A stretch of 64,000 nucleotides of DNA, taken from positions 789,684 to 853,683 of the forward strand of contig NW_014577073.1 in NCBI RefSeq assembly GCF_000485595.1, given 5' to 3'. The DNA comes from Priapulus caudatus. Its lineage: Eukaryota. The notes below the pieces were generated by a model, which ran no database searches, was not told the DNA's origin, and was given only the letters and a program-made list of their open reading frames with translations. Both the position numbers and the translations under genes were made by a program. Positions within the stretch are counted from its first letter, which is position 1; every line of letters begins with the position of its first letter. Shown here piece by piece: positions 25,759 to 38,781 of the stretch.

Positions 25759-27204
25759 CTACGAGAAGCTTTCGGTGAGCCCCATATTTAGCTCGGGCGA
25801 CAGCGGGATTACGTCATTCGTGCCCGGTATGTAAATGATGGATTGCGGAAAGCTGGACACCTTGCGCTTCTTGCCGAGATCTGTCTCTCCGGATAGCGAC
25901 AGCACGCTGTGAAAGCGAGTCAAGCTGCCGCCGCCCCCGCGCAGATACTCGTTGCAGACGCCCACCGCGTGGTTGTCGGCGTCGTCGTGACTCCAGCGCC
26001 CCCTATTCGTGCGCTTCTCGTGGTTGCGGCGCGGCAGTGGCGGCGCCTGGCGGGAGAGACTGTCGACGGGCGACTCGTAAGGCGGCTGCGAGAGCACGTT
26101 GTACTGCCTGCCGCCGTTCGTCGCCGCGTACAGCGCGTCAAAATTGTTGTTCAGCGAGCAGGGGGCGCCACCGACGCCCTGCGCCGCCGACGACGCGTCG
26201 AAGTTCTTCGTGAGCATCGCTAGCGAGCTCGCCGCCTGCTTGCCGCCGCCGCTGCGCGCGCTGCGCAGACGATACAAGATGGCGACCTTGGGAGCAAAGA
26301 TGGCCGCCAGCGTCGTCGTCGCCGTGAGTATCGTCGCCACGCAGACGATGAGGTCGCCGTAGCGCGCGTGCAGCATGTAGTAGCACGGCGTCCAGCCGGC
26401 CCAGACGACGACGTTGCCGACGGTTGCTACTAGCAACCAGCGCGCCTCCTTCAGGTCGCGCAGCATCACCTTGACGACGAGCGCGTACAGGAGGGTGACG
26501 AGCAGCAGGAAGCCGACGTAGGCGAGCGACGCGAGAAACGCCGCCGCGGGCACCCGCGCGCCGCCGCATGCCGCCGCCGCCACGCTGGCGCCCTCCGGCG
26601 GTCGCAACACGCCGACGCCCAGCACAACGCTCTGCGTCGACAGCGCCACCTGCACGCCGGCGACGAACACCAGGGTGAGCCACTGGTTGGCGAACGACAG
26701 CGCCCCGCCGAGTCCCAGCGAGGCGATGGCGCGAATCTGCATCGACTGCACGCAGACGATCGCGTAGCAGGCGGCGTGCGCGACGGGCAGCAGGAAGGCG
26801 CGCAGGCGACACCACGCGGCGGCGCCATCTGTCGGGCTGACGGCGAACGACAGCGCGGTGAGGTAGAGCAGTGCGATGGAGACCAACAGGGCGATCGTCA
26901 GGCCGTGGTTTCCCTTCAGACCGCGTAGCGTGCCATCGCAGATCTTACACACGATCCAGACGAGGATCCAGAGCGCGGCGACGACGCCGAGCGCGCACGC
27001 GCAGACTAGTATCAGATTCGCCCACCAGAGGTCGACCGCGGTGAAGTAGCGGCGCATGAGCTGTAGCTTGCCGACGGTGGCCGACGTTTCGTGGTTTCCT
27101 GCGATGCAGCTGACGTTAGAGGATGCGCTAGTCAGGAGTGGCGTGAGGAACTGGGAGGACTCTGCGAGCGTCAGCCTCTGCGATGTAATGTTGTAGACTC
27201 CAAT
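25759..27204 (-). CDS. Class C (mGluR-like) GPCR, last exon: short linker, 7TM and C-tail
   Basis: Seven hydrophobic segments with class C motifs (CRLRAFL...CYAIVCVQSMQI, KEARWL, VWAGWTPCY, IFAPKV); tttccag acceptor is in frame 49 codons upstream of the ORF-track Met. Confidence 0.9.
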   Translation of the reverse strand: MGVYNITSQRLTLAESSQFLTPLLTSASSNVSCIAGNHETSATVGKLQLMRRYFTAVDLWWANLILVCACALGVVAALWILVWIVCKICDGTLRGLKGNHGLTIALLVSIALLYLTALSFAVSPTDGAAAWCRLRAFLLPVAHAACYAIVCVQSMQIRAIASLGLGGALSFANQWLTLVFVAGVQVALSTQSVVLGVGVLRPPEGASVAAAACGGARVPAAAFLASLAYVGFLLLVTLLYALVVKVMLRDLKEARWLLVATVGNVVVWAGWTPCYYMLHARYGDLIVCVATILTATTTLAAIFAPKVAILYRLRSARSGGGKQAASSLAMLTKNFDASSAAQGVGGAPCSLNNNFDALYAATNGGRQYNVLSQPPYESPVDSLSRQAPPLPRRNHEKRTNRGRWSHDDADNHAVGVCNEYLRGGGGSLTRFHSVLSLSGETDLGKKRKVSSFPQSIIYIPGTNDVIPLSPELNMGLTESFS

Positions 27205-27353
27205 CTGGAAAGCAAATCGTAGACGTTGGGTTTTGCAACGATATTAATATTATATAGTTTGATCGATATGAATTGATCGTTGAATCGGCTGGAAATCATT
27301 ATATCTTGCATGTCATCTGCATCACCCATTATCGTTTATAGCATATATTATAG

Positions 27354-27393
27354 CAGTAGTGAATATAAACTAATTTATTTTTATTCATTCCTG
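27354..27393. mobile_element. Palindromic micro-insertion, same family as 4551 and 35019
   Basis: CAGTAGTGAATATAAA...TTTTTATTCATTCCTG; flanks ATTATAG / ATTATAT. Confidence 0.7.
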
Positions 27394-27410
27394 ATTATAT
27401 ACACGCGCGC

Positions 27411-27471
<61 letters not shown>

Positions 27472-27523
27472 CCACACACACACACACACACATATACAGA
27501 ATATATATATATATATATCTGTG

Positions 27524-27558
<35 letters not shown>

Positions 27559-27595
27559 CGTGTTGTGTGTGTGTGTAGTGTGTGTAGTGTGTGTG

Positions 27596-27687
<92 letters not shown>

Positions 27688-27915
27688 TATACAAAATATT
27701 GTACTCATAGTCGACCTATGAACATTATTTAGTAGTAACATTATGTAAGTAACATTGTGTAGTGGTAGGATGACTGGTAATAACTATGTGATAATAGTAG
27801 TCATGCGGTTGCCTTCACGGGTCCTATAAATAGCCTTTATACAATGTCCTCTACAAGCCGGTGTTGTATATATATATATGTTTTACACTATATTGTACTC
27901 ATAGTCGCTTTATAC

Positions 27916-28226
27916 CGATTGCATCATGCCATTCCTGAATGCATGCAGTTGCAGCTCGTTCGTGTGTCGCGTGTTTGCCTCGTTCATCCAGCTCAGCACG
28001 GTCACGTCGCTGACCTCCGCCAGGAGGCGCTGCAGCTGTTCCCGACGGCCGCCGTCCATCTCACAGTCTGCTGCGCTTTTCCCGCCGCACGAGCTGCTGC
28101 TGCTGCTGCTGGTGGTGGTGGTGGTGGTGCTGCTGCTGCTGCTGGTAGTGGTGGTGGTGGTGGTGGTGGTGCTGCTGCTGGTGGTGGTGGTGGTGGTGCT
28201 GCTGCTGCTGCTTCTGGTGTTGTTGA

Positions 28227-28272
<46 letters not shown>

Positions 28273-28923
28273 ACTGTTGCTGTCGATGTCCCGAGCAAGA
28301 AGCCAGGCTAGCTTTAGCGTTGACAAGTACGCCTCGCCCGCATAGTCCTCCTCGCGGAATGCGTCTCGCATATCTCCCTCCGTCACCGCGTTGCAGTGCA
28401 TGGCGTCGGCGCCGTCGCCGGATGTCCGGCACCCGTACGCTTCCCGCACGTACTCCCGGACGACGTCGCTCGTCGGCATCTGGTCGCGCAGCCGATCGAC
28501 GAAGAACCGCCGGAAGTCGTCCGCTAGAGGGCGCGGTCGTCCCGGGTCGCCGACGATGACGATGGCGCTGGCGGGAAGGCGCGCGACGCTCGGCAGACGA
28601 TCGAGCGCGATCCACGTGACGGCGGCGAGCGCATGCGCGTCACTCCGCCGCGCCGCCGCCTCCAGCTGCGTGGCCTCGGCGCCGTTCACGAACAGCAGCA
28701 CAGCCTGCTGAGCAGCGCCGTCTGTCGTCAGCGTTTCGAAAAAACTCGCGAGCTCGTCGGTTTGCGGGTCGTCGCTGAAAGCGTAGACGCCGCGCACGCA
28801 CAGGCCGGCGCTCTCGGCTAGTGTCCGAAACATCCGGTAGGTGGCGGCCCGCAGTGGATCTGCCGATACGAAGACAGCAGTGATCTGTCGAACTTTCAGG
28901 CTCTTCAGTAGCTGCACGATCGC
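27916..28923 (-). CDS. Class C GPCR exon 5 (Venus flytrap lobe II plus poly-N/S/T tract)
   Basis: AIVQLLKSLKVRQITAVF...FRTLAESAGLCV resembles mGluR AMVDIVK...WTYVSAV...FK...EGICI; AG/GT boundaries, phases 0 and 0. Confidence 0.85.
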
Positions 28924-29388
28924 CTGAACAAAGAGCAGTTAGGTAAGGAAAATGAACACGGATCACATATTAATGCTCATATAGATGTCAAAGCAATGCC
29001 GCGATTTTATTTTACTGTTTGCTTCGGTTTAATGGACTGAATAAATGACATGATAGATTTGTTTGAATCGTTGTAGCAATTAAAGGACCGGAACTTACAA
29101 ATACGAATAAATAACGGTATCGTAATAATTTCAGTAAACACTTCTAACGTTATGACGAAGGTTTTATCAAATTTACTTGAAAGGAATCCGGAATTGGTTA
29201 ACCCACACGTTGATTTCCTAACAGTCATATTATGCACACATAATTATAACATGGTATCACTTATAGCTCACTAAATATATATATATATATATATACATAT
29301 ACATGTATACATATATATTTATTTATTTATTTACATATGTATGTAATATTACATATTATATCATTAAAACTACAAACAACGAACTCAC

Positions 29389-29540
29389 CTGCACTTTGTC
29401 GAAGCTGAACTGCATGTCATCTACCGACATGTTGATAGCATTACTCGCCGCAGCGCCTGTCATTGTATAGGCGACGTTGGGCAGTCTAAGTGTATCGAGC
29501 AGGTCACTCGTTACGTCATCAACGTAGCTGCTTAGCACGC
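29389..29540 (-). CDS. Class C GPCR exon 4
   Basis: GVLSSY...LLDTLRLPNVAYT resembles mGluR GVIG...LLQLFNIPQIAYS; CAG|GTGAGT donor; phases 1 and 0. Confidence 0.85.
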
Positions 29541-29831
29541 CTAGAATAACGGACCACGTGCAGTAACCATGTGACGAGAACTCAATTAACGAATACTCAA
29601 CAATGATTCACTGTGGTTGAGGTAAGCAACGTCGAATTTTATCCACTTTTTAATTACTCCATTCATGATTCATCGAACCAATTTCATAGAATTCAAGGTT
29701 CGATTGAATTAGCTCTAATGGCATCGTAAGTTCACGCGTGTTAAATCGTATAATTGATGCTTTTTTTTCGCATTTGCGTTCCTATAAACTCTTAGAACCG
29801 TCGATGCGGTTGACATTACGTATAGACTCAC

Positions 29832-29963
29832 CAAAGAGGCGGGTCGTGTTGTGTGGTGTCGCGTGAGATCGGCATTGCGTTGCGTCGTCATACTGCTGCA
29901 TGAGTCTCAACAGACCAGCGAGTTGATGGCCTGAACCCCCGCAAGCATCAACAGCGTGCAGGC
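29832..29963 (-). CDS. Class C GPCR exon 3
   Basis: GLHAVDACGGSGHQLAGLLRLMQQ...RLFG resembles mGluR LGCEIRDSC; tttcag acceptor, G|GTGAGT donor; phases 1 and 1. Confidence 0.85.
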
Positions 29964-30509
29964 CTGAAACAATGCGGGGGGGGGTTACAATTGCTCTAGT
30001 CTACTATAATTATATTACCAGTAATTAAGGACGTTGACACTAAACCGAGCGAACTAATTTGCAAGTTGTTTTTACTGGTCACGTCCCTATTTTTCTTGGT
30101 AAGTTTCGTTGTTGCCCTTACTAATGAATGTTTAGAGCCGACCTACTTTTCATAGCCGCCCTCGTTACTTATACGGGCATCATTACTGTCGCTTACAGTA
30201 CAACATATAATGCCACGCGCATGAATCACCTACAAAGTGCCTTGGCCAACTTGTAGTGCAGCCTAGCATTTACATTTATGATCATGAGTGATTGCGCCGA
30301 ATGAAATTGAGAACGTATGTACAGTAATGTTAACATGCAATTTCAGGAAACGGGTTTAAATGGTCACGATTGTGAATCGTTAGCAAAAGTCGAACGTTGG
30401 TTTTGGCTCTACATATATAGGCTACAAATTACTGGATATTGCTTTGCGTGCGAATGTACTAGTACAGTCACAATGAATGTATACATACACACATTATACA
30501 CGCGTACAC

Positions 30510-30563
30510 GCGCACACTCATACACACACGCACACTCCCGCACAAACAAGCACATATACAACA

Positions 30564-30633
<70 letters not shown>

Positions 30634-30983
30634 CACATACACAGCGCGCGCGCAACCACAAACACAAACACAAACACAAACACAAACACAAACACAAACA
30701 CAAACACAAACACACGCACGCACGCGCACGCGCACGCGCACACGCACACGCACCACGACACACACACGCCACTACGGCACCACGCACACGCACACGCCAC
30801 ACGCACACGCCACACGCACACGCACCCCCCCCACACACACACACCCACATGCCACACACACCAGCGCGCGGCGCACACAAACACAAACCACAAACACAAA
30901 CACAAACACACGCCACGCCCACGCGCCAGCCACACCGCACGCAGCACGCGCGCACGCGCACGCACGCGCACACACGCACACGC

Positions 30984-31017
<34 letters not shown>

Positions 31018-31024
31018 CATAACA

Positions 31025-31057
<33 letters not shown>

Positions 31058-31253
31058 CACAAAACACGCTGCCACCGCGCACGCGCCACACACACACACA
31101 CACACAAACACACACATACACACACCAGCGCGCGTCGGCACACAAACCAAACACAACACAAAACACAAACACAAACACCAAACACAAACACAAACACAAC
31201 ACAAACACAACACAAACACCGCACGCCGACCACGCCACACCCTACACACACAA

Positions 31254-31297
<44 letters not shown>

Positions 31298-31315
31298 ACA
31301 CACACACACACACAC
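30510..31315. repeat. Compound (CA)/(CACAAA)/(CACG) low-complexity tract
   Basis: Direct reading; partly noisy. Confidence 0.9.
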
Positions 31316-32422
31316 CAGTACATCTGTCTTCATCTGCCTCGCTCTCTTTCCTCACAATGTTGTGACGTCTACCAGTTTTCTTGTCGTTACAATCATATCA
31401 GTCATACCAATGACGCAAAAAAAAGCATTTTGTACTTACCGGGAGTAAGGGTAAGAGTCTGTTAAAGCTCAACTGACGTATTAATATACGTAAATTTATG
31501 CCCATTCTTGTATTCAAATATAGGTATATATATAATTACACATAATAAATACACATTTTTGTTTTGGTTTTGGTAGAAGGTAGACGGTTGCCACCAGCGT
31601 TGCAGCCCAAATACATTTGATTGCAAATCCTGTGTTCATAGTTGTTCTGATTATCACGAACAAATACAAATACAATCGTTTGCTCAATTTTCATTCCTCG
31701 AATGCATCACTATATATGCCCAGCGGAGCATCTATTTTTCGCAGGATTACTCCCACACCGCGTCATTGTAAAAATATGGTAGCAGTAGTTACAATGCCCC
31801 CCTTCCCTTCGTCGCTTGTAAACCAGTTTTGATTGCTATGAATTACGGAGACAGGAAGCTTCGATGACCCTTCATGGCGATGTCATAGCGCAGCTTTATG
31901 TTATAAGGTCAGTGTACCGGCAAGCGTGTCAGCACTTGTGTGGTCGATAATTTCATATGATTTCATAATATGCCGAGATTATAAGCGTATAGTGCATGTC
32001 CATGATCGATGGAGGCAACATATCGGGCAACTTTAATTACTTCAGTGAGTGTGTTGTACTCTCGTGATTACAACATCGTGTGCTCACTATTGATGAAAGT
32101 TTGCAGGGAATTTCTAGGTTGCTATCCAGTCGGTCAATTTTAAAGCGCAATTTATTATTAGATGCGTAATGCAATAGCGAGGAAAAGGCATGCTTGGATT
32201 GATGTATCTACAATACGCGAATTGTGCTGTCTACGACATATTTATTTTCATCTATAAATAGGAGTTGAGTTGTTTTATTTGAGATGTCATCGTCGACATA
32301 AGTATATCTATTTGGCTATCCCAGCCATTTTACAGCGGTATAACAATGTGCAATGTGCACATATAGATAGGTACAAAGTAAAGTGTAAAGTTTGTGGTCT
32401 GTCCATCTGTATGCCTGTGCGC

Positions 32423-32465
<43 letters not shown>

Positions 32466-32842
32466 GCTCTCTCTCCTCTTCATGTCCGCCTGTCCGTCGC
32501 CATCTGCCTGTCTTGCCTTGTATTTTGCGCACGCCTACGCACACACGCACGCATGCACGTACGCGCGCGCACGCACACGTACGCGCGCGCTCGCACGCAC
32601 ACACACACACATATATATAATATAAATATATATATATATAATGCAAGCTTAAATAACATAACATAAATGTCATCAAAATAATGACCGGTGACAAGGTTTC
32701 ATTCGCGTCTGGTATGGCTAGTATATCGCTGACACCGATACACCAATGAAGAGGGGCGAATGTTACGGACCTGTAGCACAACGCCTGTTCAGCATCGCGG
32801 CCATTCCCATGACAAAACACCGTGCGTGTGTGTGTTAATGTA

Positions 32843-32877
32843 CTAGTAGTTCTACGCCCCCGTAGCCCACGAGCGTA
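32843..32877 (-). mobile_element. Candidate Helitron 3' terminus
   Basis: Minus strand reads TACGCTCGT-GGGCT-ACGGGGGCGTA (imperfect hairpin), 6 nt, then CTAG|T. Confidence 0.5.
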
Positions 32878-34804
32878 CTGCCAATTTTTTGTCGCGTATC
32901 TGAAATCCTAGTCCGATTAAAACGGTACTTAAAACGTAAAACCCAGCCGGCTACAAATCGATTGCGATCTCGGGCAACATAATTATTCACTCGTGCTTGT
33001 TACGTCATTCATTACCTATACCTGCGCGAGCGCACTGCGCCATGACACGCCGATTAGATAAGATACGGCACCACTTACGGCGATGTAAAATAGTCACGAT
33101 GTCATATCGTCGGCGGCTTGGTACGTTGCCAACGTCGGCCTGCGACTCGTTTGCGGTCAGTGAATGCTATACATGCAGTAACGCGTATACGATGATCTAT
33201 GTGATAGGTATACACGCTATTACGATGAGGGGATATTATGAATCGCGTGGTTGTTATGTATTATATGATTGTTTTAATATTACAGTGTTATGTCATGTCA
33301 GTGAACCTTGATAACGGCTCACTTCATCATCTACTGCCCACCATGTATGATCCGCCCCCCCACATATTCGAATAGCAAGTGGACCCCAAAGCACTTCCAT
33401 GCGTCTCTCGGATAAATAAATGACTCGGTGTTTACATCGAGTTTTCCTATTCGGCATTCACTCAAATAAAAACTCTATTTTTCATTGCAACCATTGCGCA
33501 CGTTGGTGCGATATTCACCCAATAAAAACTAACTCATCTTAACACGCTTCCAGCTCGATAAAATGAAATCGTCGTAATCTAGACTCGGTCGAATAGATGT
33601 CCGTGTGTGGTCATGCTAACTCTTTCATTGCTAGCTAATAACTCCATCTCTCATCAACTATTGTCTGTTAGCTATACTGCCAGCTTGATACGTGTGAACA
33701 CAATATCCTTCTGATAAATATAACGGCAAAATTCCGAGCACCAGATTACATATTATGTATTATTTCGAGATGAACAACTCCAAGATGATTCAATTTCCTA
33801 TCTCCGCTCGCTCTAGACTGACGTTCTCGCTTCCCCGAACAGACTCCAACAGTCAGCCACTGCTAGAGTACTACAGGGTAATTAAGAATTTTAACCAGTG
33901 TATTCATGCAATCATTGTGCATCAACGTTGCTAATTATATATACATATAGGCAAATATTGCTAATTATGCCGTTAATGCGGATATAACCGAGGTCTCGTC
34001 ACTGCACGATTTGACAAGTCTAAGAGTGTAATTACGAACTCATTTTTCATTAAAATTGCGCATAATTAGCGTAGATTAGAAAGTAAAACGTCAAACTCAT
34101 TCAGGCACGCAATTAGCTCGGCAAATGCGATTATCATTCCAATTCGTTACTGAGTTTCAGCCTTACGCAAGCTGTAAAAAGTCGCATTTTTATACCGTAG
34201 TGCCGCAGATGCGAACTAGTCTGTAACTGATTTGCGCATCAATACATGTTCATAAATTGTGTGGCGATTGATCTATCTATATAATCGCTGGGGACTTTCT
34301 CTGATGAACTCACTCATTGCTGATGGCGAGTGGGTGGCATCGCCGGATGTAATAAGGTATTAGCGATGGCCTTGCCATCTTCCGCTGCCTTACATATAGC
34401 CATTATAGATGATCAGAGCGTTGCCGACTCCGTCTCAACCTCTGCAAATTGTTTGGGCGTACGGCACTCAGCCCGCCGTACGTATATACGTATGCTTGAG
34501 CACTGGGTGTATTAGCTGTGCTTATATTTGTGATCTTGGGACCAATGGGCCAAAGGCCAATGGGGACGTAAAAGAACCACCGAGGGCGCAAAAAAACTCT
34601 GGCTGTGACCACCCTCAGTGCCTTTCGGCTAAAAAGCTAAACTACCTGGCTTTACCCAAGCTAGGTTACATCCCATAGCTAGCTATAGCCCAAGCTATGG
34701 CAAACAAGCAACAAGATTTCTCTGCGGCCGTCTCAGCTAAGCTGTACCGTCGATCAACGGGACTTCGCCATGTAGCGTCGTTATCGTAGGCGTAGCCTCG
34801 CAGC

Positions 34805-34835
<31 letters not shown>

Positions 34836-35018
34836 TCTGTGTAATGCCCGTTTTGGTCTCTCCTAGGCAATTATTATTATTTTATTATTATTCGTGATCT
34901 GCGCCAGGGTTGTACGGTAGTGACAGCTAGATTTCTCGCTTCACGTTTAGAATATGAATTAGCTGCGACCACTGCTCGCCGCGACTTAGCATGAAACCAT
35001 TATTGCGATATATAATAT

Positions 35019-35072
35019 CAGGAGTGAATAATAATAGATTATTCTATTTTTATATCAGACTATTCACTCCTG
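35019..35072. mobile_element. Palindromic micro-insertion with filler (duplicate at 41615-41668)
   Basis: CAGGAGTGAATA...TATTCACTCCTG; perfect direct repeat ATAATAT. Confidence 0.85.
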
Positions 35073-35595
35073 ATAATATAGCATGCGCAGTCAATCCGTG
35101 CGAACTTACCCCGGTTGAGCCCGGTTGTGTCCGTATTTGCTCGTATTTGTCGTGTCGGTGCTGCGATTTGACGCGCGTCTGGCCCGAGCCTGACCCAGTC
35201 TAGTTTGATGTAGGATCAAATTTTGCAGTCTGTTCGGGGTAATAGTGATGACAGTTTGGCAGGGGGCATTATCAGGATGATACTCGCGCGAGGTTTAGTG
35301 TTAAGATGTTGATCCAGTATAGTAGTAAATTCATAATCCTATAATATGTGGGGCATTCTGACAACGGTCTCCCGGTGTCGTTGTGTAGGCATAATTGTAA
35401 AAAATGTGGGCAGCAAACGGATTGTTTATTAAAAGGAAAATGCAACGCTCGTCATTATGCATTAATAATTATATAATCAGTGTTAAAAGTGAAAACGCAT
35501 TCACCCATATAGCTGGTGTTTGGATGTACTCGGGTCTTATAGCGTTATCAAATCCCTATAGGAAAAAAATATTAACCATGACTACGCCTTCTTAC

Positions 35596-35802
35596 CAATG
35601 CTCAGCCCGTGCTTCTCCCGCACTCTCCTGAGAGCATAGACGGCCGCCATCATCTGCTGCACGCCCGCAGTACTGACGACATCGCATGCAGTACTTCCAT
35701 GCGTGCCAGTCTGGTTGCCACGCCGGAGCGGAAAGAGACCGCCGACGTTGAAATCGAACGCGCTGTCTCGCACCTCAATACTGCTGCTGCTGCACCACAT
35801 AC
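35596..35802 (-). CDS. Class C GPCR exon 2 (start of Venus flytrap domain)
   Basis: DFNVGGLFPL...C...AGVQQMMAAVYALRRV resembles mGluR DIIIGALFSVH...GIQRVEAMLHTLERI; G|GTAAGA donor joins in phase to exon 3 (LSIG-LHAVDAC). Confidence 0.88.
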
Positions 35803-36789
35803 CTGTGATCAAATAACGGGTCTTAACGGATGTGATAGAATAACGGGTCTTAATCTATGTCCTTCACCCACGGCAACCTTCACCTGTCCGCGCTTTACCC
35901 TCTACGGCACGCAATTACGTCGAAAACACGCGAAGTCAATAGATTATCGAGTAGATGAGAATGAGCGTCATACATTGTTATCGATCTGTTCATCGATCAC
36001 GACCCAGTATTAGAAGTTCACCGGGTGACAGAGAGAGCAGCATGGTGTTTTTCATCAGCAAAACGCTTATAGATTTTTAAAATATATTTATTTATACGTG
36101 GCCGCCCGCCTGTAGCGCGGTTAGATCATCGTTTACGGTTAATCGGTGTAATAATTCTACACCGTCGTTTTGGAAAATGGTAGCGTATTCAATGAGGCGC
36201 AAGTCGCCTATATTTCAAACAAAAACGTGAACGCATTATAATTATGTCGGAGACTTATGGTATTCATGAATCACATTGTTATTATTTACGCTAAATTATC
36301 ATTTTTTATGTTATATGATTATAGTTAATGTTGCATTATTATGATGATTTATGTGACATTGTTTATACGTATGTTTGCACTCGTATCAGAGGTCTCAATC
36401 CTATATCAGAATAATCTAGAGCATATAAATATTATACTCGCTAGGCTCTCCATACATCTCCATGATCTAGGGATCTATGTCAGGTTAATGACATAAGTGG
36501 ATGAAACTACAGTCAGCTAACATTTCATTTGTCGAATAGGATAACATCCGGATGCACAAAAAATGGCATAAATGTACACACCAGATGCTAGGTGAAGCGG
36601 TGATAGGAAGAACAACACAGCGAGACATGCCAGCATCTCTAGCAGTCTCCGGCAGCAATCGCCGTCGCTCATGTCCCTGTAAATAACCATTAATCGCAGC
36701 TTCACGTACGTGCGCAGATGCTATAAGTGCTGCGTGCATGGATGTGGTCGCAGTACATATAACTCTTATATTCACCAGAGTATCGGGTC

Positions 36790-37064
36790 CACATTCACTT
36801 GGGCTGTTTCAATGATATAATGATGGTGACTTAACAAAAATTGTTTTATTTACTACAGGATTCTTCGTTTGTGAACTGGTTAACGCCTAATAATTCCAAG
36901 TAAATGCCGTTTAAATGCACCTCTGCGACACACAGTCCCACTGCACGCACGCCACTGTGTATAAACTCGCAGAAAAGATAGAGATCTATCATTTGGTTGT
37001 AAATGGATACAATTTGAGTTGATACACTTTCATTTTATTATTAAGACGAGCCCGAGAGTCTGTT
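36790..37064. mobile_element. Old internally deleted copy of the CACAGG MITE family (duplicate at 43386-43660)
   Basis: Perfect 8-bp TSD ATCGGGTC (36782-36789, 37065-37072); shares GTAAATGCCGTT and CACGCCACTGTGTAYAAACTC with the 18316 element. Confidence 0.75.
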
Positions 37065-37213
37065 ATCGGGTCTATGCTTCCAGTGGCTCATTAAAGGAAG
37101 GCGACACGTCCGTTGCGAATAACCCCCTCGTAATGATATACCACGAAGCGAAACGTGTCGTCATTTTCAACTGTTTAGCAACTAACATATGAAATAATCC
37201 ATCAATAACCAAT

Positions 37214-37286
<73 letters not shown>

Positions 37287-37507
37287 ATAGATAGATAGAT
37301 AGATAGATAGATGGTTTTTAGTGTGTCATATACTGGGTGAAGCATTGTGGCGTTCAGGGACTCGGACGGAACGAAATCATTGCCTTATATCAAAGGCTAT
37401 TTGTTCTCCTTTAATTTGCTGTGACAGCAGTATTAACGTGTATGTGCCATTATGCTCCCAACTCTTACATGAACTTTAAATCACCAAATATGTCACTAAG
37501 ATTACAC

Positions 37508-37545
37508 ACAGAGCTAATAATACATGTATTATTAGCTCGATCTTG
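37508..37545. mobile_element. Palindromic micro-insertion, eroded ends (duplicate at 44104-44141)
   Basis: Perfect 28-bp palindrome GAGCTAATAATACA|TGTATTATTAGCTC, same arm as the 38282 element; TSD unclear. Confidence 0.6.
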
Positions 37546-37653
37546 AGTACGTGCATCTACCGTTTATACGAGAAAAGAGGACACCGAATATAGGCATGCC
37601 TGCATGCATATATAAAATGCACCCACACTTTAAATACGTTTTTCGCACGAAAC

Positions 37654-37708
37654 CAGCAGCAGCTAGCATCACAAGTACTATATATCTTATCTGCAACGAT
37701 GCAGCCAT
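37654..37708 (-). CDS. Class C GPCR candidate exon 1 (signal peptide)
   Basis: MAASLQIRYIVLVMLAAA+G joins phase 1 to exon 2, giving a plausible signal peptide; the donor G|GTTTCG is weak. Confidence 0.5.
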
Positions 37709-38281
37709 TGCTATCTTCACGAATGCTGGCTATTAGTTCCACTACGGATCACCGGCCCATTACATCTCCGCGATTATAAACTAAATCCAAATACATAAAC
37801 TGGAAATTTTTACACCTGTCACTGGGGCGGCCCACAATATACAGCATGAATGCGGTGCGTGTGCCTGTTTATCCGTGCTTAGGCTTTATTCTCGGTAATT
37901 TTCAACCGTCGTCGCTATCGAACAAAAGCGGAGAGGAACTATATTATGCCCCACAAAGTGAACATCCTATAAAAGCCCCTGTCGATGTATACAACAACCT
38001 GTGCGTTACTGGTTACCCGGCTTGTATCGGACATGAGCGAGGGAGTGGTTCAACCAAAACGATCATCCGTGAAAGCGAAACGGCTATAGTATTTGAATTA
38101 ATACGCAGAGTCAGATTTAAATTAAATGCTATTGCCATAAAATGACGGGCAAATGCTTTCAAGCGTTTGCCATATTTGGGTAATCCGTCTGATACCTATA
38201 TACGTACACATGCACCACCAACTACTATATACTACACCACCACGGCTACCACCATCCATATACCTATCACATACATATTAT

Positions 38282-38353
38282 CAAGAGATAATTATACATT
38301 TAGTATTGTCATATAAATATAATAATAATACAGCTATGTATTATTAGCTCTTG
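38282..38353. mobile_element. Palindromic micro-insertion with long filler (duplicate at 44878-44949)
   Basis: CAAGAGATAATTATACAT...ATGTATTATTAGCTCTTG; perfect direct repeat ATATTAT. Confidence 0.85.
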
Positions 38354-38781
38354 ATATTATTCGAAGTATCGCCACTACAGATTACTATAGCCTGTATGGA
38401 ACGTTCCCTGTATAAACATTGAAACGAAATGCGCATAAAAAATGTTCTACTTGACATAATGATGAACACACATTTAAAACTGGTTTGGTCTGTAGAACCA
38501 GCGAAAAATGACAAATTACTTCCTCACTGCACGATACATCAGCAGCTTGACGAATGAGTGCAATAATTATATTACAGTGCAGCTTGGGGGGAACCGTATG
38601 TAAACTATCCGAATATCGACTTGTATCTTCTTTACTGATATATTATTCTTATAATATATATATATATATATATATACATATACATGTATACATATATATT
38701 TATTTATTTATTTACATATGTATGTAATATTACATATTATATCATTAAAACTACAAACAACGAACTCACCTGCACTTTGTC

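Larger units (their letters stand above)
34805..38781. repeat. 3,977-bp direct duplication, copy 1
   Basis: Constant offset of 6596 to copy 2 across all ORFs and microsatellites; no difference seen. Confidence 0.97.
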
